The notes under the pieces are model-generated. The model was not told the origin of the DNA and did not search any database. It saw nothing but the letters and a program-made list of their open reading frames with translations. From assembly GCA_039179785.1 (NCBI GenBank), contig JBCDEK010000004.1:8768-72767 (forward strand): a DNA stretch of 64,000 bases, written 5' to 3'. Position 1 is the stretch's first letter; each line of letters opens with the position of its first letter. Positions 46,877 through 55,837 of this stretch are shown in pieces. The translations under genes and the position numbers were made by a program. This DNA comes from Pseudomonadota bacterium (GTDB lineage: Bacteria > Pseudomonadota > Alphaproteobacteria > Rhodobacterales > Rhodobacteraceae).

Positions 46877-47593
46877 TCAAAGCCCTGCCGCGGTGCGGCG
46901 GACGATTTCAAGCCGTTGCGCGTTGGGCGGATGCGTGCCGAGGAACCGGTCACCGGGATCGGGAATGCGGTTAAAGAACAGCGACCCGTTGACCGGATCA
47001 TAGCCCGCCTTGGCGGTGATCACGGTGCCAAGCGCGTCGGCCTCAAGCTCAAAATCCTTGGAATAGGTCCGCGCGCCCACCTGCGCGCCGATCCTTTGCG
47101 CCGCCTGCGCATCCCCGCCGGTGATCGAAGCAAGCCCACCAAAAATCACAGCACCTGCCGCCGCATTTTCGCGCTGTCGGGCGATGTGGCCGCGGACATG
47201 GTGGGCGGCCTCGTGGCTCATGACAAAGGCAAGCTCATCTGCGTTGCGGGCATCGTTGATTAGCCGCTGGGTGAACACGATCAGCGGGCGCCCGTTGTCA
47301 TCCAGCGTCTGAAAGGCGTTGGACGGGGCGCCGGGGCGGTCATCGACCAGGATCTTGAAATCGCAATTCACGCCGCGGGTGCGCGCGCGGCATTCGCGTT
47401 CGGCCACAGGCTCGACCCGTTGCACGACTTGCGCAAAGGCCCGTGCGGACTGTTGTCGGGTGCGCAATTCATCCGGCACATCCCGCACTGCGGGCGCAGG
47501 CCCGGTCGAGGTTGGTGCAGAGGTCACCACCACATCGTCACACGCGGCGACGAACACCAAAGTTGTCAAAGCGGCCAGCAGGCGAGTGATCAA
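46877..47593 (-). CDS. M48 family metallopeptidase lipoprotein
   Basis: Lipobox VAAC, NAF, HEAAH, ELEAD, THPP. Confidence 0.92.
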   Translation of the reverse strand: MITRLLAALTTLVFVAACDDVVVTSAPTSTGPAPAVRDVPDELRTRQQSARAFAQVVQRVEPVAERECRARTRGVNCDFKILVDDRPGAPSNAFQTLDDNGRPLIVFTQRLINDARNADELAFVMSHEAAHHVRGHIARQRENAAAGAVIFGGLASITGGDAQAAQRIGAQVGARTYSKDFELEADALGTVITAKAGYDPVNGSLFFNRIPDPGDRFLGTHPPNAQRLEIVRRTAAGL

Positions 47594-47719
47594 GGTCTTG
47601 TCCTTTCGTCCCCGGTTTGGAGAATTCTATCATGCGCGGCAGCGGCTTCCAGCCCTGATCACGTAGCCGTGTGCCGCTGGGCCAGAGACAGCTTACCTAT
47701 GCAATCGGTCGCGCATGTT

Positions 47720-47826
47720 CTAGGGCAGCAATCGGAAAATCTGAATCACCTGACGCTGCCTGACATCAGAGATTTCAACGCGTTAGATGATCAGGCGTGT
47801 TGCAGGTTCATCCGATTTCGCTCTAG
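47720..47826. mobile_element. Putative ~107-bp MITE/palindromic repeat bounded by CTAG
   Basis: CTAG at both ends; imperfect IRs AATCGGA/TCCGATT, ACCTG/CAGGT, GCCTGA/TCAGGC. Confidence 0.55.
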
Positions 47827-47835
47827 GTGTCACAT

Positions 47836-48075
47836 ATGTTTACCATCGAACACGAATTCGACGCGAGCGTTATCACTTTGGTGGATGATGGCGCGGCCCC
47901 GTTGCAGGAAGATGTGGTGATCAACGCCTTTGCCGAGGTGATCACCGTGGAACAATATGACCCGCGCAGCGACAGCGTGGTCAGGATCAGCCTGTCGCCG
48001 GAGCAGGCCCGCGATCTGGCTGCGGCGCTGGATTTGCCGGAAGGCGTGTATCAGTTGCGCAAGGATGCCCCGTAA
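47836..48075 (+). CDS. Hypothetical protein (79 aa)
   Basis: Protein-like ORF MFTIEHEFD...LAAALDLPEGVY with host-like codon usage. Confidence 0.75.
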   Translation: MFTIEHEFDASVITLVDDGAAPLQEDVVINAFAEVITVEQYDPRSDSVVRISLSPEQARDLAAALDLPEGVYQLRKDAP

Positions 48076-48134
48076 AAGGTCTGGACCCTTGACCTGTCTC
48101 TGCTAGCCTGCCGGACAATTCAGGGAGGACTGAC

Positions 48135-48998
48135 ATGGCGACCGGAACCAATGTGCGCACCTTTTACGAGGGGGCCTGGCATGATGCGGATGTGGCCGTC
48201 ATGCGGGCGGCGGACCACGGCAGTTGGCTGGGGACTACGGTCTTTGACGGTGCGCGCTTTGTGCACGGGCGCGCGCCCGACCTTGAGGCGCATTGCGCCC
48301 GTGTGAACCGGTCCGCCAAGGCGTTGATGATCACCCCGACGGTCAGCACCGAGGACATGATCGAGATGGTGCATGAGGGGCTGAAAGCCTATGGCCCCGA
48401 TCAGGCGGTGTATATCCGCCCGATGTACTGGGCGCTGGAGGGCGGCGATCTGGGCATTGTGCCCAAGGAGGGCGCGACCGGCTTTGCCATCAGCCTAGAA
48501 GAGATCCCGATGGCCCCTGAAAGTGCGGCGACGACGCTCGCCCGCACACGCTTTCGCAGGCCCGTGCTGGAGGACAATGTGGTGGATGCCAAGGCCGGGT
48601 GTCTCTACCCCAACAACGCCCGCATGTTGGCCGAGGTGCGTGCGCGCGGATTTGGCAATGCGCTGGTCGCCGATGCGATGGGCAATGTGGCCGAAAGCGC
48701 GACCGCAAATGTGTTCATGGTCAAGGACGGCGTGGTGTTCACGCCCATTGCCAATGGCACCTTTCTGGCGGGCATCACGCGCGCGCGGCACATGACCAAC
48801 ATGAAGGCAGACGGGATCGAGGTGGTCGAGAAGGTGCTGAGCTTTGCCGATTTCGAGGCGGCGGACGAGGTGTTTTTGTCGGGCAACATGATGAAGGTCA
48901 CGCCGGTGTCGGGGTTCGAGGACCGGTCGTATCAGGTGGGTCCGGTGACCCGACGGGTGCGCGAGATGTATTGGGATTGGGCCGCAAGCGATGGCTGA
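48135..48998 (+). CDS. Class IV PLP aminotransferase (branched-chain type)
   Basis: VFDGAR, VYIRP, AKAGCLY, ESATANVF, LAGITR. Confidence 0.92.
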   Translation: MATGTNVRTFYEGAWHDADVAVMRAADHGSWLGTTVFDGARFVHGRAPDLEAHCARVNRSAKALMITPTVSTEDMIEMVHEGLKAYGPDQAVYIRPMYWALEGGDLGIVPKEGATGFAISLEEIPMAPESAATTLARTRFRRPVLEDNVVDAKAGCLYPNNARMLAEVRARGFGNALVADAMGNVAESATANVFMVKDGVVFTPIANGTFLAGITRARHMTNMKADGIEVVEKVLSFADFEAADEVFLSGNMMKVTPVSGFEDRSYQVGPVTRRVREMYWDWAASDG

Positions 48999-49587
48999 GC
49001 CGGTCGAATTCTGGTTCGAATTTGCGAGCACCTACAGCTATTTGGCGGCCGCCCGGGTGGAAGATGCCTGTGCCGAGGCGGGGGTGCCGCTGGTCTGGTG
49101 GCCCTTTTTGTTGGGGCCGGTGTTCGCGGCGCAGGGGATGACGCAGTCGCCGTTCAACATGTATCCGGTGAAGGGCGCACATATGTGGGTGGATATGGCG
49201 CGGTGTTGTGCCGATCAGAGTTTGCCCTTTGCCAGGCCATCGTCATTTCCGCGCGGGTCTTTGCTGGCGGCGCGGGTTGCGGCGGCCCATGCAGACGAAC
49301 CGTGGATCGGGGCGTTTGTGCGCGCGGTGTATCACGCCAATTTTGCCGAAGATCGCGATATCTCGGAAGACGCGTTGGTGGCGGAGGTGCTGGCTGAGGT
49401 AGGTCAGGATGCGCGCGCCGTCTGTGCGGCGGCGACCCGGCCCGAGGGCAAGGCGCTGTTGCGGCAGGCCACCGAGGAGGCACTGGCGCGCGGGCTTTTC
49501 GGGGCGCCCAGTTTCACGGTGGGTGGTGCGCTGTTTTGGGGCAATGACCGGTTAGAGCAGGCGCTGCGCCACGCACGCGGGGCCTGA
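48991..49587 (+). CDS. DsbA-like 2-hydroxychromene-2-carboxylate isomerase family protein
   Basis: FEFASTYSY, PFLLG, GLFGAPSF, FWGNDRL. Confidence 0.9.
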   Translation: MAEPVEFWFEFASTYSYLAAARVEDACAEAGVPLVWWPFLLGPVFAAQGMTQSPFNMYPVKGAHMWVDMARCCADQSLPFARPSSFPRGSLLAARVAAAHADEPWIGAFVRAVYHANFAEDRDISEDALVAEVLAEVGQDARAVCAAATRPEGKALLRQATEEALARGLFGAPSFTVGGALFWGNDRLEQALRHARGA

Positions 49588-49651
49588 GCAGGTCGGGATT
49601 GCGCGGGCTTTGACCTTGGGTCATGGTGCGCGGAGCCAAGCGGAGGAACGG

Positions 49652-50107
49652 ATGCGTAAATTTCTGGTGGTGCTGGATGACAGCCGCGAGTGCCTGAACG
49701 CGATGCGTTTTGCCGCGATGCGGGCCAGTCATACGGGCGGAGGCGTGGCGATCCTGTCGGTGATCCCGCCCGATGAGTTCAATCACTGGATCGGGGTGGG
49801 CAATGTGATGCGCGAGGAGTCCCGTGAGCGCATCCATGCGCATTTCGAGGTGTTTGCCAAGTGGATGCGGGACAAGCAGGGGATCGACCCCGAGCTGGTC
49901 ATTCGCGAGGGACAGCCGGTGGACGAGATCATGGCGCAGGTGCATGAGGATCCCGAGATCGGGGTGTTGGTGCTGGGGGCCGGGACGGACAAGAAGGGCC
50001 CGGGCCCGCTGGTCACGCAGCTGAGCCGCAGTGCGGGGGCGCTGCCCATCCCGATGACCATCGTACCCGGCGATCTGAGCAAGGAAAAGCTGGAAGCGAT
50101 CACGTGA
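49652..50107 (+). CDS. Universal stress protein
   Basis: KFLVVLDDS, LVLGA...GPGPLV, IPMTIVPG. Confidence 0.92.
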   Translation: MRKFLVVLDDSRECLNAMRFAAMRASHTGGGVAILSVIPPDEFNHWIGVGNVMREESRERIHAHFEVFAKWMRDKQGIDPELVIREGQPVDEIMAQVHEDPEIGVLVLGAGTDKKGPGPLVTQLSRSAGALPIPMTIVPGDLSKEKLEAIT

Positions 50108-50183
50108 CACGAGGGGCGCCGGAGGGCCCGCGCCCGCTGACGGCGTGGCCTGTCGGGACGGCGATTGCCTGGTGGTGGAGGCG

Positions 50184-52400
50184 CTAGGCGGCGATGCGCA
50201 GGTCGCGCAGGTCGGGTGGCAATTGCCCGAACCGGGCGACGGGGTGTGCGGTGGCGCCGTAGCTGTCGGCGACGGGGCTGCGGCGCAGGTCGGGCATGAG
50301 GCGGACCAGTTCGTGGGTCGCGCGGGGCCCCAGAGACACCAGCCCCCAGGGGCCTGGATAAAAACTCTCGCACGCGATGCCCCCTGCCATGATCAGGTCA
50401 TGGCTGTCGAGCAGTAGGTGGTGGTAGGTCACAGCCTGCACCCCGTGGGCGACGCGCACCGCCCCGCCGCGCAAACGCGCAAGGTGGCCCGCGCGGACCA
50501 GCTGTGTGACGCCCCGGTCGGTGTCCAGCGCCAGCGCGTGCTGGGCGGACAGCCGCAGCGCGTCCGGGTTGCCGAAGGTGCCGGGGGCAATATGGATCGG
50601 TCGGAGCATCGGGTTGGCAGTGAGATCGTGCCGATCCACCCGACGGGTGCCAATCCAGCGCAGCGGCCGCAGCCCGTTGTCGCGGGTCTGTACCCGGTCG
50701 CCGGGACGCAGCGCCTCGACCGGGACGGGACCGCGGGCGGTGGCGATGGCAGTGCCAGTGGTAAAGCAGGGAATACCAGCGGCGTTGAGCTGCTGCGCCG
50801 ATGACATCTGTGCGGGCGTGACGCCCTGCAGGACAATCGTCTCGCCCTCGGGAAAGGTGAGCAGGGCGTTGCCGTTGCCATCATCGGTGACCACAACGTC
50901 AAAGGCATGGATGGGCCGGCCATCGGGGTTTTGCAGCTCTGACACGTCAAGCTGGTCGTTATAGGTGCCATCCCCATCCGCGTCGCCGATGTCGAAATCG
51001 GTGACGACAGTGTGCCCGTTTTGCGACTGCACAAATGTGTCATCCCCCGCCCCACCGGTGAGGGTATCATTGCCCGAGCCACCATCAAGGCGGTCATTCC
51101 CGTCGCCGCCATCAAGGGTGTCGTTGCCGACACCGCCATCCAGCGTATCATCCCCCTCACCGCCATCGAGGCTGTCGTTCCCCTCCTGACCGCTGATCAG
51201 GTCGTTGCCCGCACCCCCGGACAACACGTCATTGCCGCTGCCGCCCTGGATCGTATCGGCGCCACCGCCGCCGTCGATTGTGTCGTCACCGGCTTCGCCG
51301 TACAGCTCGTCATCGCCCTCGTCGCCGAAGATGCTGTCATCGTCATCGCCGCCATAGACGGTGTCGTCCCCCCAACCGGCGTCAATGGTATCGTCGCCCG
51401 CGCCGCCGCGGACGTCATCATGCCCCCAAGAGGCGTTGACACTGTCATTGCCTGCACCACCATCGATGGTGTCCTGCCCCGCGCCGGCAAAAATCTGGTC
51501 ATCGCCCTCGCCGCCGGTGATGGAGTCGTCACCGTCATCCGCATAGATGGTATCGTCACCATCCTGACCGTGGATCGTGTCGTCACCTTCGGAGGCGTAG
51601 ACCTCGTCATTGCCGGACCCACCTTCGATATAGTCGTCGCCCCAGCCGGAATAGACCTTGTCGTCGCCCGCACCTGCGTCGATTGTGTCGTCGTAGTCGT
51701 AGTTCGGCTGGCCACCTTCCTCGTCAATGGTGTCATTGCCGTCGCCGCCGCGCACCGAATCCCCGCCGCGGCCATAGGCGATGTAGTCGTCACCGCCACC
51801 GCCATCGATCGTGTCGCTGCCGTCGCCGCCATAAACTTCATCATTACCGTCACCGCTGTTGATGCGGTCGTCACCCTCGTAGCCATGGACGGTGTCGTCG
51901 TCCGATCCGGTCGAGTGGTAGTCGTTATACGCCCCGCCTTCGTAGGTGTTGGCGCCGTCGGGATCATCGGTGGGCGCCACAAGTTCGTCATACCTTGGCG
52001 CATTGCCCGCGGTTACGTCATTGGGCCCGGAATAGGCATAGGCCGTGCCGGGTGTGATTGGCCCATCGGCCACCCAGCCCGAATGAAAGCCATTGCTTTC
52101 GACCTTGTAGAGCGTGATCGTGTTGCCCTGCCCGTCGGTAAGCGTCCAACTTTCTTCGAGATAAACCTCGCCCTCAGCCAGCTGGTTGCCGTTGGCGTCA
52201 TATTTCTTGGCGTATTGGTCGCCGTCGCCGACCTCATCATTGGCGTCATCGCCGTTGAATTTGACGCCGCCATCGCTTTCCTCGATCTCGTAGACAAGCG
52301 CGTCTTCGCTGGCGTCGAAGTTCGGATCGAGCACAACCTGCCCATCCGGTGTCACCATGAATGCGTTCTGGGCGTACCCGCCAACTGTGTAATTGGCCAT
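50184..52400 (-). CDS. RTX-repeat protein with C-terminal Hint (intein-like) domain
   Basis: Many GGxGxD nonapeptides; IPCFTTGT Hint start; LSAQH; YHHLLLDSH...CESFYPG. Confidence 0.9.
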   Translation of the reverse strand: MANYTVGGYAQNAFMVTPDGQVVLDPNFDASEDALVYEIEESDGGVKFNGDDANDEVGDGDQYAKKYDANGNQLAEGEVYLEESWTLTDGQGNTITLYKVESNGFHSGWVADGPITPGTAYAYSGPNDVTAGNAPRYDELVAPTDDPDGANTYEGGAYNDYHSTGSDDDTVHGYEGDDRINSGDGNDEVYGGDGSDTIDGGGGDDYIAYGRGGDSVRGGDGNDTIDEEGGQPNYDYDDTIDAGAGDDKVYSGWGDDYIEGGSGNDEVYASEGDDTIHGQDGDDTIYADDGDDSITGGEGDDQIFAGAGQDTIDGGAGNDSVNASWGHDDVRGGAGDDTIDAGWGDDTVYGGDDDDSIFGDEGDDELYGEAGDDTIDGGGGADTIQGGSGNDVLSGGAGNDLISGQEGNDSLDGGEGDDTLDGGVGNDTLDGGDGNDRLDGGSGNDTLTGGAGDDTFVQSQNGHTVVTDFDIGDADGDGTYNDQLDVSELQNPDGRPIHAFDVVVTDDGNGNALLTFPEGETIVLQGVTPAQMSSAQQLNAAGIPCFTTGTAIATARGPVPVEALRPGDRVQTRDNGLRPLRWIGTRRVDRHDLTANPMLRPIHIAPGTFGNPDALRLSAQHALALDTDRGVTQLVRAGHLARLRGGAVRVAHGVQAVTYHHLLLDSHDLIMAGGIACESFYPGPWGLVSLGPRATHELVRLMPDLRRSPVADSYGATAHPVARFGQLPPDLRDLRIAA

Positions 52401-52577
52401 CTTGGGCCCCCGTGCGACTGCTCTTTGGCGCTGTCTAGCGCCCAAGGTGCAACGGTTGGTTAAAGGAACATTTTTACGGGTCTGGTGCGGGCCGGTGGAA
52501 TAGTTTAGAATCGTTCCAAACCTTGACACTCTGACATGTTATCCGCATATCCGAGTGGAGCGCTCAGGAGTTGGCCC

Positions 52578-53141
52578 ATGTTTATCCAGACCGAATCGAC
52601 ACCGAACCCCGCGACACTGAAGTTCCTGCCCGGACAGTCCGTGTTGGACATGGGCACGGCGGATTTTCCCAGTGCCGAAGCCGCGACCAAGTCACCGCTC
52701 GCGCAGCGTATCTTTGCCGTCGAGGGCGTGACCGGGGTGTTCTTTGGCACTGATTTCGTAACGGTGACCAAGGCGGATGCGGTGGATTGGGATCACATCA
52801 AACCCGCTTTGCTGGGCGCGATCATGGAGCATTTCCAGTCCGGCCAGCCGGTGATGGAAGATGGTGCCGCGCCTGCGTCCGGCCATGCCGAGCACGATGG
52901 CGAGGATGCCGTCGTGGTGGGCCAAATCAAGGAATTGCTGGACAGTCGGGTGCGCCCTGCGGTGGCACAGGATGGCGGCGACATCACCTTTCACGGCTTT
53001 GACCGCGGCGTTGTTTACCTGCACATGCAAGGCGCCTGTGCAGGCTGCCCATCGTCGACCCTGACGTTGAAGATGGGGATCGAGAACCTGCTGCGCCACT
53101 ACATCCCCGAAGTGACCGAGGTGCGCCCGGTTGCCGTCTGA
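52578..53141 (+). CDS. NifU/Nfu family Fe-S carrier protein
   Basis: MFIQTESTPNPATLKF, DGGDI, GACAGCPSS. Confidence 0.95.
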   Translation: MFIQTESTPNPATLKFLPGQSVLDMGTADFPSAEAATKSPLAQRIFAVEGVTGVFFGTDFVTVTKADAVDWDHIKPALLGAIMEHFQSGQPVMEDGAAPASGHAEHDGEDAVVVGQIKELLDSRVRPAVAQDGGDITFHGFDRGVVYLHMQGACAGCPSSTLTLKMGIENLLRHYIPEVTEVRPVAV

Positions 53142-53553
53142 CGCCTTTTCGGCCCGATGCTATTGCGGTGCGTCCCGACTGACGTTTGATAAGCCACCGG
53201 CCACGGTGGCTTATTGTCATTGCAGCGATTGCCGTCGGTGGACGGGTGCGCCGGTAGCTGCCTTTGCTGCTGTCGGGCGCGCTGAGGTCGAAGCGCAATT
53301 GCCTGCGCCGTTTCACGCCGCCTCGGGCGCGGAGCGGTGGCATTGCCCGACATGTCACGGACCGCTTGCGGCGTCGTTCCACTATCTGCCGGATCAGATT
53401 TACATTCCCATCGGGATTCTGGACCAGGCCGACCAACTTGTCCCTGCGATGCACAGCCATATCGATAGTGCGCTGCCGTGGTTGCATATCGACGATGATC
53501 TGCCCCGCGCCGACACGTCGAGCCGTGATGCGTTGAACCGGGCCTTTGAATGA
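53131..53553 (+). CDS. GFA family protein
   Basis: CYCG, CHCSDCRR, HCPTC. Confidence 0.88.
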   Translation: MPSDAFSARCYCGASRLTFDKPPATVAYCHCSDCRRWTGAPVAAFAAVGRAEVEAQLPAPFHAASGAERWHCPTCHGPLAASFHYLPDQIYIPIGILDQADQLVPAMHSHIDSALPWLHIDDDLPRADTSSRDALNRAFE

Positions 53554-54122
53554 CGGCGCCGCTGATCCTGGGATTTGACACGTCGGCCGCGCATTGCGCT
53601 GCGGCGCTGGTGCGTGGGGATGAGGTGCTTGCCGCTGTGGGCGAAGAGATGGCGCGCGGGCAGGCCGAACGGTTGATGGGTCTGCTGGAGGAGGTGCTGG
53701 CAAGTCAGAGCGTGGTCTGGGCCGATCTGGATGCGCTGGCGGTGGGCACGGGGCCCGGCAACTTTACCGGTATCCGCATTGGCGTGGCCGCGGCGCGCGG
53801 TCTGGCGCTGGGTCTGAGCTGTCCCGCCTATGGTGTGACCGGGTTTGAGGCGCGCGGGTTGCTGGCCCCTGACGGGACAACTGTGGCGATCCCCGCCCCC
53901 CGCGACATGGTTTATGTGATGGAGGGGGGCACGCCGCGCCTGGTGTCACTTGACGATGTGGCGCATGCGGCCCCGCCCCCCGATCCGGCAGCACTGGCCC
54001 AAGCGGTCGCACAGCACGCGGCCCCGCGATGGCCGCAAAGCGCGCCCGCACCCGCGCCGTTCTATGTCAGGGCCCCTGACGCAGCGCCTGCGCGCGATGC
54101 GCCGCCGACGATCCTGCCGTGA
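53550..54122 (+). CDS. tsaB: tRNA threonylcarbamoyladenosine biosynthesis protein TsaB
   Basis: LGFDTS, GTGPGNFTGIRIG. Confidence 0.93.
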   Translation: MTAPLILGFDTSAAHCAAALVRGDEVLAAVGEEMARGQAERLMGLLEEVLASQSVVWADLDALAVGTGPGNFTGIRIGVAAARGLALGLSCPAYGVTGFEARGLLAPDGTTVAIPAPRDMVYVMEGGTPRLVSLDDVAHAAPPPDPAALAQAVAQHAAPRWPQSAPAPAPFYVRAPDAAPARDAPPTILP

Positions 54123-54565
54123 CACCGGACGCCCTTGCCGCGCTGCACGCCGCAGCCTTCGATCAGGCGCGGCCCTGGTCGGCTGAGGAATTTGCCAGCC
54201 TTTTGGCGAATCCCCTGACCCACCTTGAGGCCGCCCCACACGGGTTTGCGCTTTGGCGCGGCATTGCGGGCGAGGCGGAGTTGCTGACCCTTGCCGTCGA
54301 TCCGGTGCATCAGGGCCGGGGGATCGGCGCCGAACTGATGCGGACCTGGCTGGCGCGGGCGGCGCAGACGTGCGACCGCGCCTTTTTGGACGTGGCCTCG
54401 GACAACGCGCGAGCGCTGGCGCTCTATACCGCTCAAGGGTTTGAAATCATTGCAAGGCGCAAGGGATACTACCCGCGACCGACAGGCACGGCGGATGCAC
54501 TGATCATGGAGGCGCGGGCCCCCTTCTATGTTTCAAAAAAATCCTCGGGGGGAATCCGCCCCTAG
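54119..54565 (+). CDS. rimI: RimI-like GNAT acetyltransferase
   Basis: AELLTLAV...QGRGIG, NARALALY, RRKGYY; follows tsaB. Confidence 0.85.
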   Translation: MTPDALAALHAAAFDQARPWSAEEFASLLANPLTHLEAAPHGFALWRGIAGEAELLTLAVDPVHQGRGIGAELMRTWLARAAQTCDRAFLDVASDNARALALYTAQGFEIIARRKGYYPRPTGTADALIMEARAPFYVSKKSSGGIRP

Positions 54566-54591
54566 GGCGGATGGGGGGCAGACAGCCCCCC
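54523..54591 (+). repeat. REP-like element, copy C (overlaps rimI 3' end)
   Basis: CTTCTATGTTTCAAAAAAATCCTCGGGGGG...GGGGGGCAGACAGCCCCCC resembles the reverse complement of copies A/B with an inserted hairpin. Confidence 0.65.
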
Positions 54592-54765
54592 TGCCCAAGC
54601 GATCAGCTTTGCGCAAGGTCAGCCCCCTGAAGTCCCACCTGTTTGGCCAAAAAGCGGTTGACCCTTCCGCAGGCCTGCGGCCTAATCCCGCATGATCTTT
54701 TGATCCTGGGCGTCCGGTGGTCTGCTGCCGCCGCCCCAACCATGAAAAACTGGGAGACCTGATAC

Positions 54766-55761
54766 ATGACCATGATGCAGAAATTCCTTGGCGCGACCGC
54801 GGCCCTGGCCCTGTCCGCAGGTGCTGCGCTGGCCGAACCCGCGCTGATCTTCGATCTGGGCGGCAAGTTCGACAAATCCTTCAACGAAGCGGCGTTCAAC
54901 GGAGCGAAGCGCTGGGCGGATGAGACCGGCAACAGCTTCCGCGAGATCGAGCTGCAATCCGAAGCGCAGCGCGAGCAGGCCCTGCGCCGCTTTGCCGAAT
55001 CCGGGGCCAACCCCATCGTCATGGCCGGCTTTGCCTTTGCCGACGCGCTGGGTCAGGTGGCGGCGGACTATCCCGACACCTCATTTGCCATCATCGACAT
55101 GGTCGTGGATGCGCCCAACGTGCGGTCTGTTGTCTTCAACGAGCACGAGGGTTCGTACCTGGTTGGCATGATGGCCGCCAAGGCATCCGAGAGCGGCACC
55201 GTCGGCTTCATCGGTGGCATGGACATCCCGCTGATCCGCAAGTTTGCCTGCGGCTACGCGCAAGGCGTGAAGGCCGTGAATCCCGACGCAAACGTCATCG
55301 CCAACATGACCGGGACGACACCCGCGGCTTGGAACGACCCGGTGAAGGGCTCGGAACTGACCAAGGCACAGATCAGCCAGGGTGCTGACGTCGTCTATGC
55401 CGCCGCGGGTGGCACGGGCGTGGGTGTGCTGCAAACGGCAGCGGACGAAGACATCCTGTCGATCGGCGTGGACAGCAACCAGAACTACCTGCATTCGGGC
55501 AAGGTTCTGACCTCGATGATGAAACGCGTGGACAACGCGGTTTACCAAGCCTTTACCGATGGCGCAGGGTTCGAGACTGGGTTCAACGTGATGGGCCTGG
55601 CCAATGGCGGCGTCGGCTATGCGCTGGACGAGCACAACGCTGAGCTGGTCAGCGACTCCATGAAGAACGCAGTCGACGAAGCGTCGAACCAAATCGCCAG
55701 CGGCGAATTGGTGGTGCATGACTACATGTCGGATGACAGCTGCCCCGCGCTGAACTTCTAA
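54766..55761 (+). CDS. BMP family (nucleoside-type) ABC transporter substrate-binding protein
   Basis: Signal peptide, DKSFN, EHEGSYLVG, IGVDSNQ, SMMKRVD. Confidence 0.93.
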   Translation: MTMMQKFLGATAALALSAGAALAEPALIFDLGGKFDKSFNEAAFNGAKRWADETGNSFREIELQSEAQREQALRRFAESGANPIVMAGFAFADALGQVAADYPDTSFAIIDMVVDAPNVRSVVFNEHEGSYLVGMMAAKASESGTVGFIGGMDIPLIRKFACGYAQGVKAVNPDANVIANMTGTTPAAWNDPVKGSELTKAQISQGADVVYAAAGGTGVGVLQTAADEDILSIGVDSNQNYLHSGKVLTSMMKRVDNAVYQAFTDGAGFETGFNVMGLANGGVGYALDEHNAELVSDSMKNAVDEASNQIASGELVVHDYMSDDSCPALNF

Positions 55762-55779
55762 GCCACGCGACCTGATATC

Positions 55780-55816
55780 GGGGCCGCGCCGCAGGATTTG
55801 TGGCGCGGCCCCTTTT
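55780..55816 (+). terminator. Hairpin/terminator after the substrate-binding protein gene
   Basis: GGGGCCGCGCCGCA-GGATT-TGTGGCGCGGCCCC-TTTT. Confidence 0.7.
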
Positions 55817-55837
55817 CCAACCAAAGGCTACCCGCCC

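Noticed and set aside
49610-49624. TTGACC-TTG-GGTCAT before the usp gene as an FNR box
   Set aside because: Spacing and right half do not fit TTGAY-N4-RTCAA
51040-51900. Periodic repeats resembling an array or CRISPR
   Set aside because: In-frame RTX nonapeptide codons; no CRISPR repeat-spacer structure or cas genes seen in the window
52456-52476. CtrA-like half site upstream of the Hint gene (also TTAAC half sites near 4021 and 40638)
   Set aside because: Only one TTAA half matches TTAA-N7-TTAA
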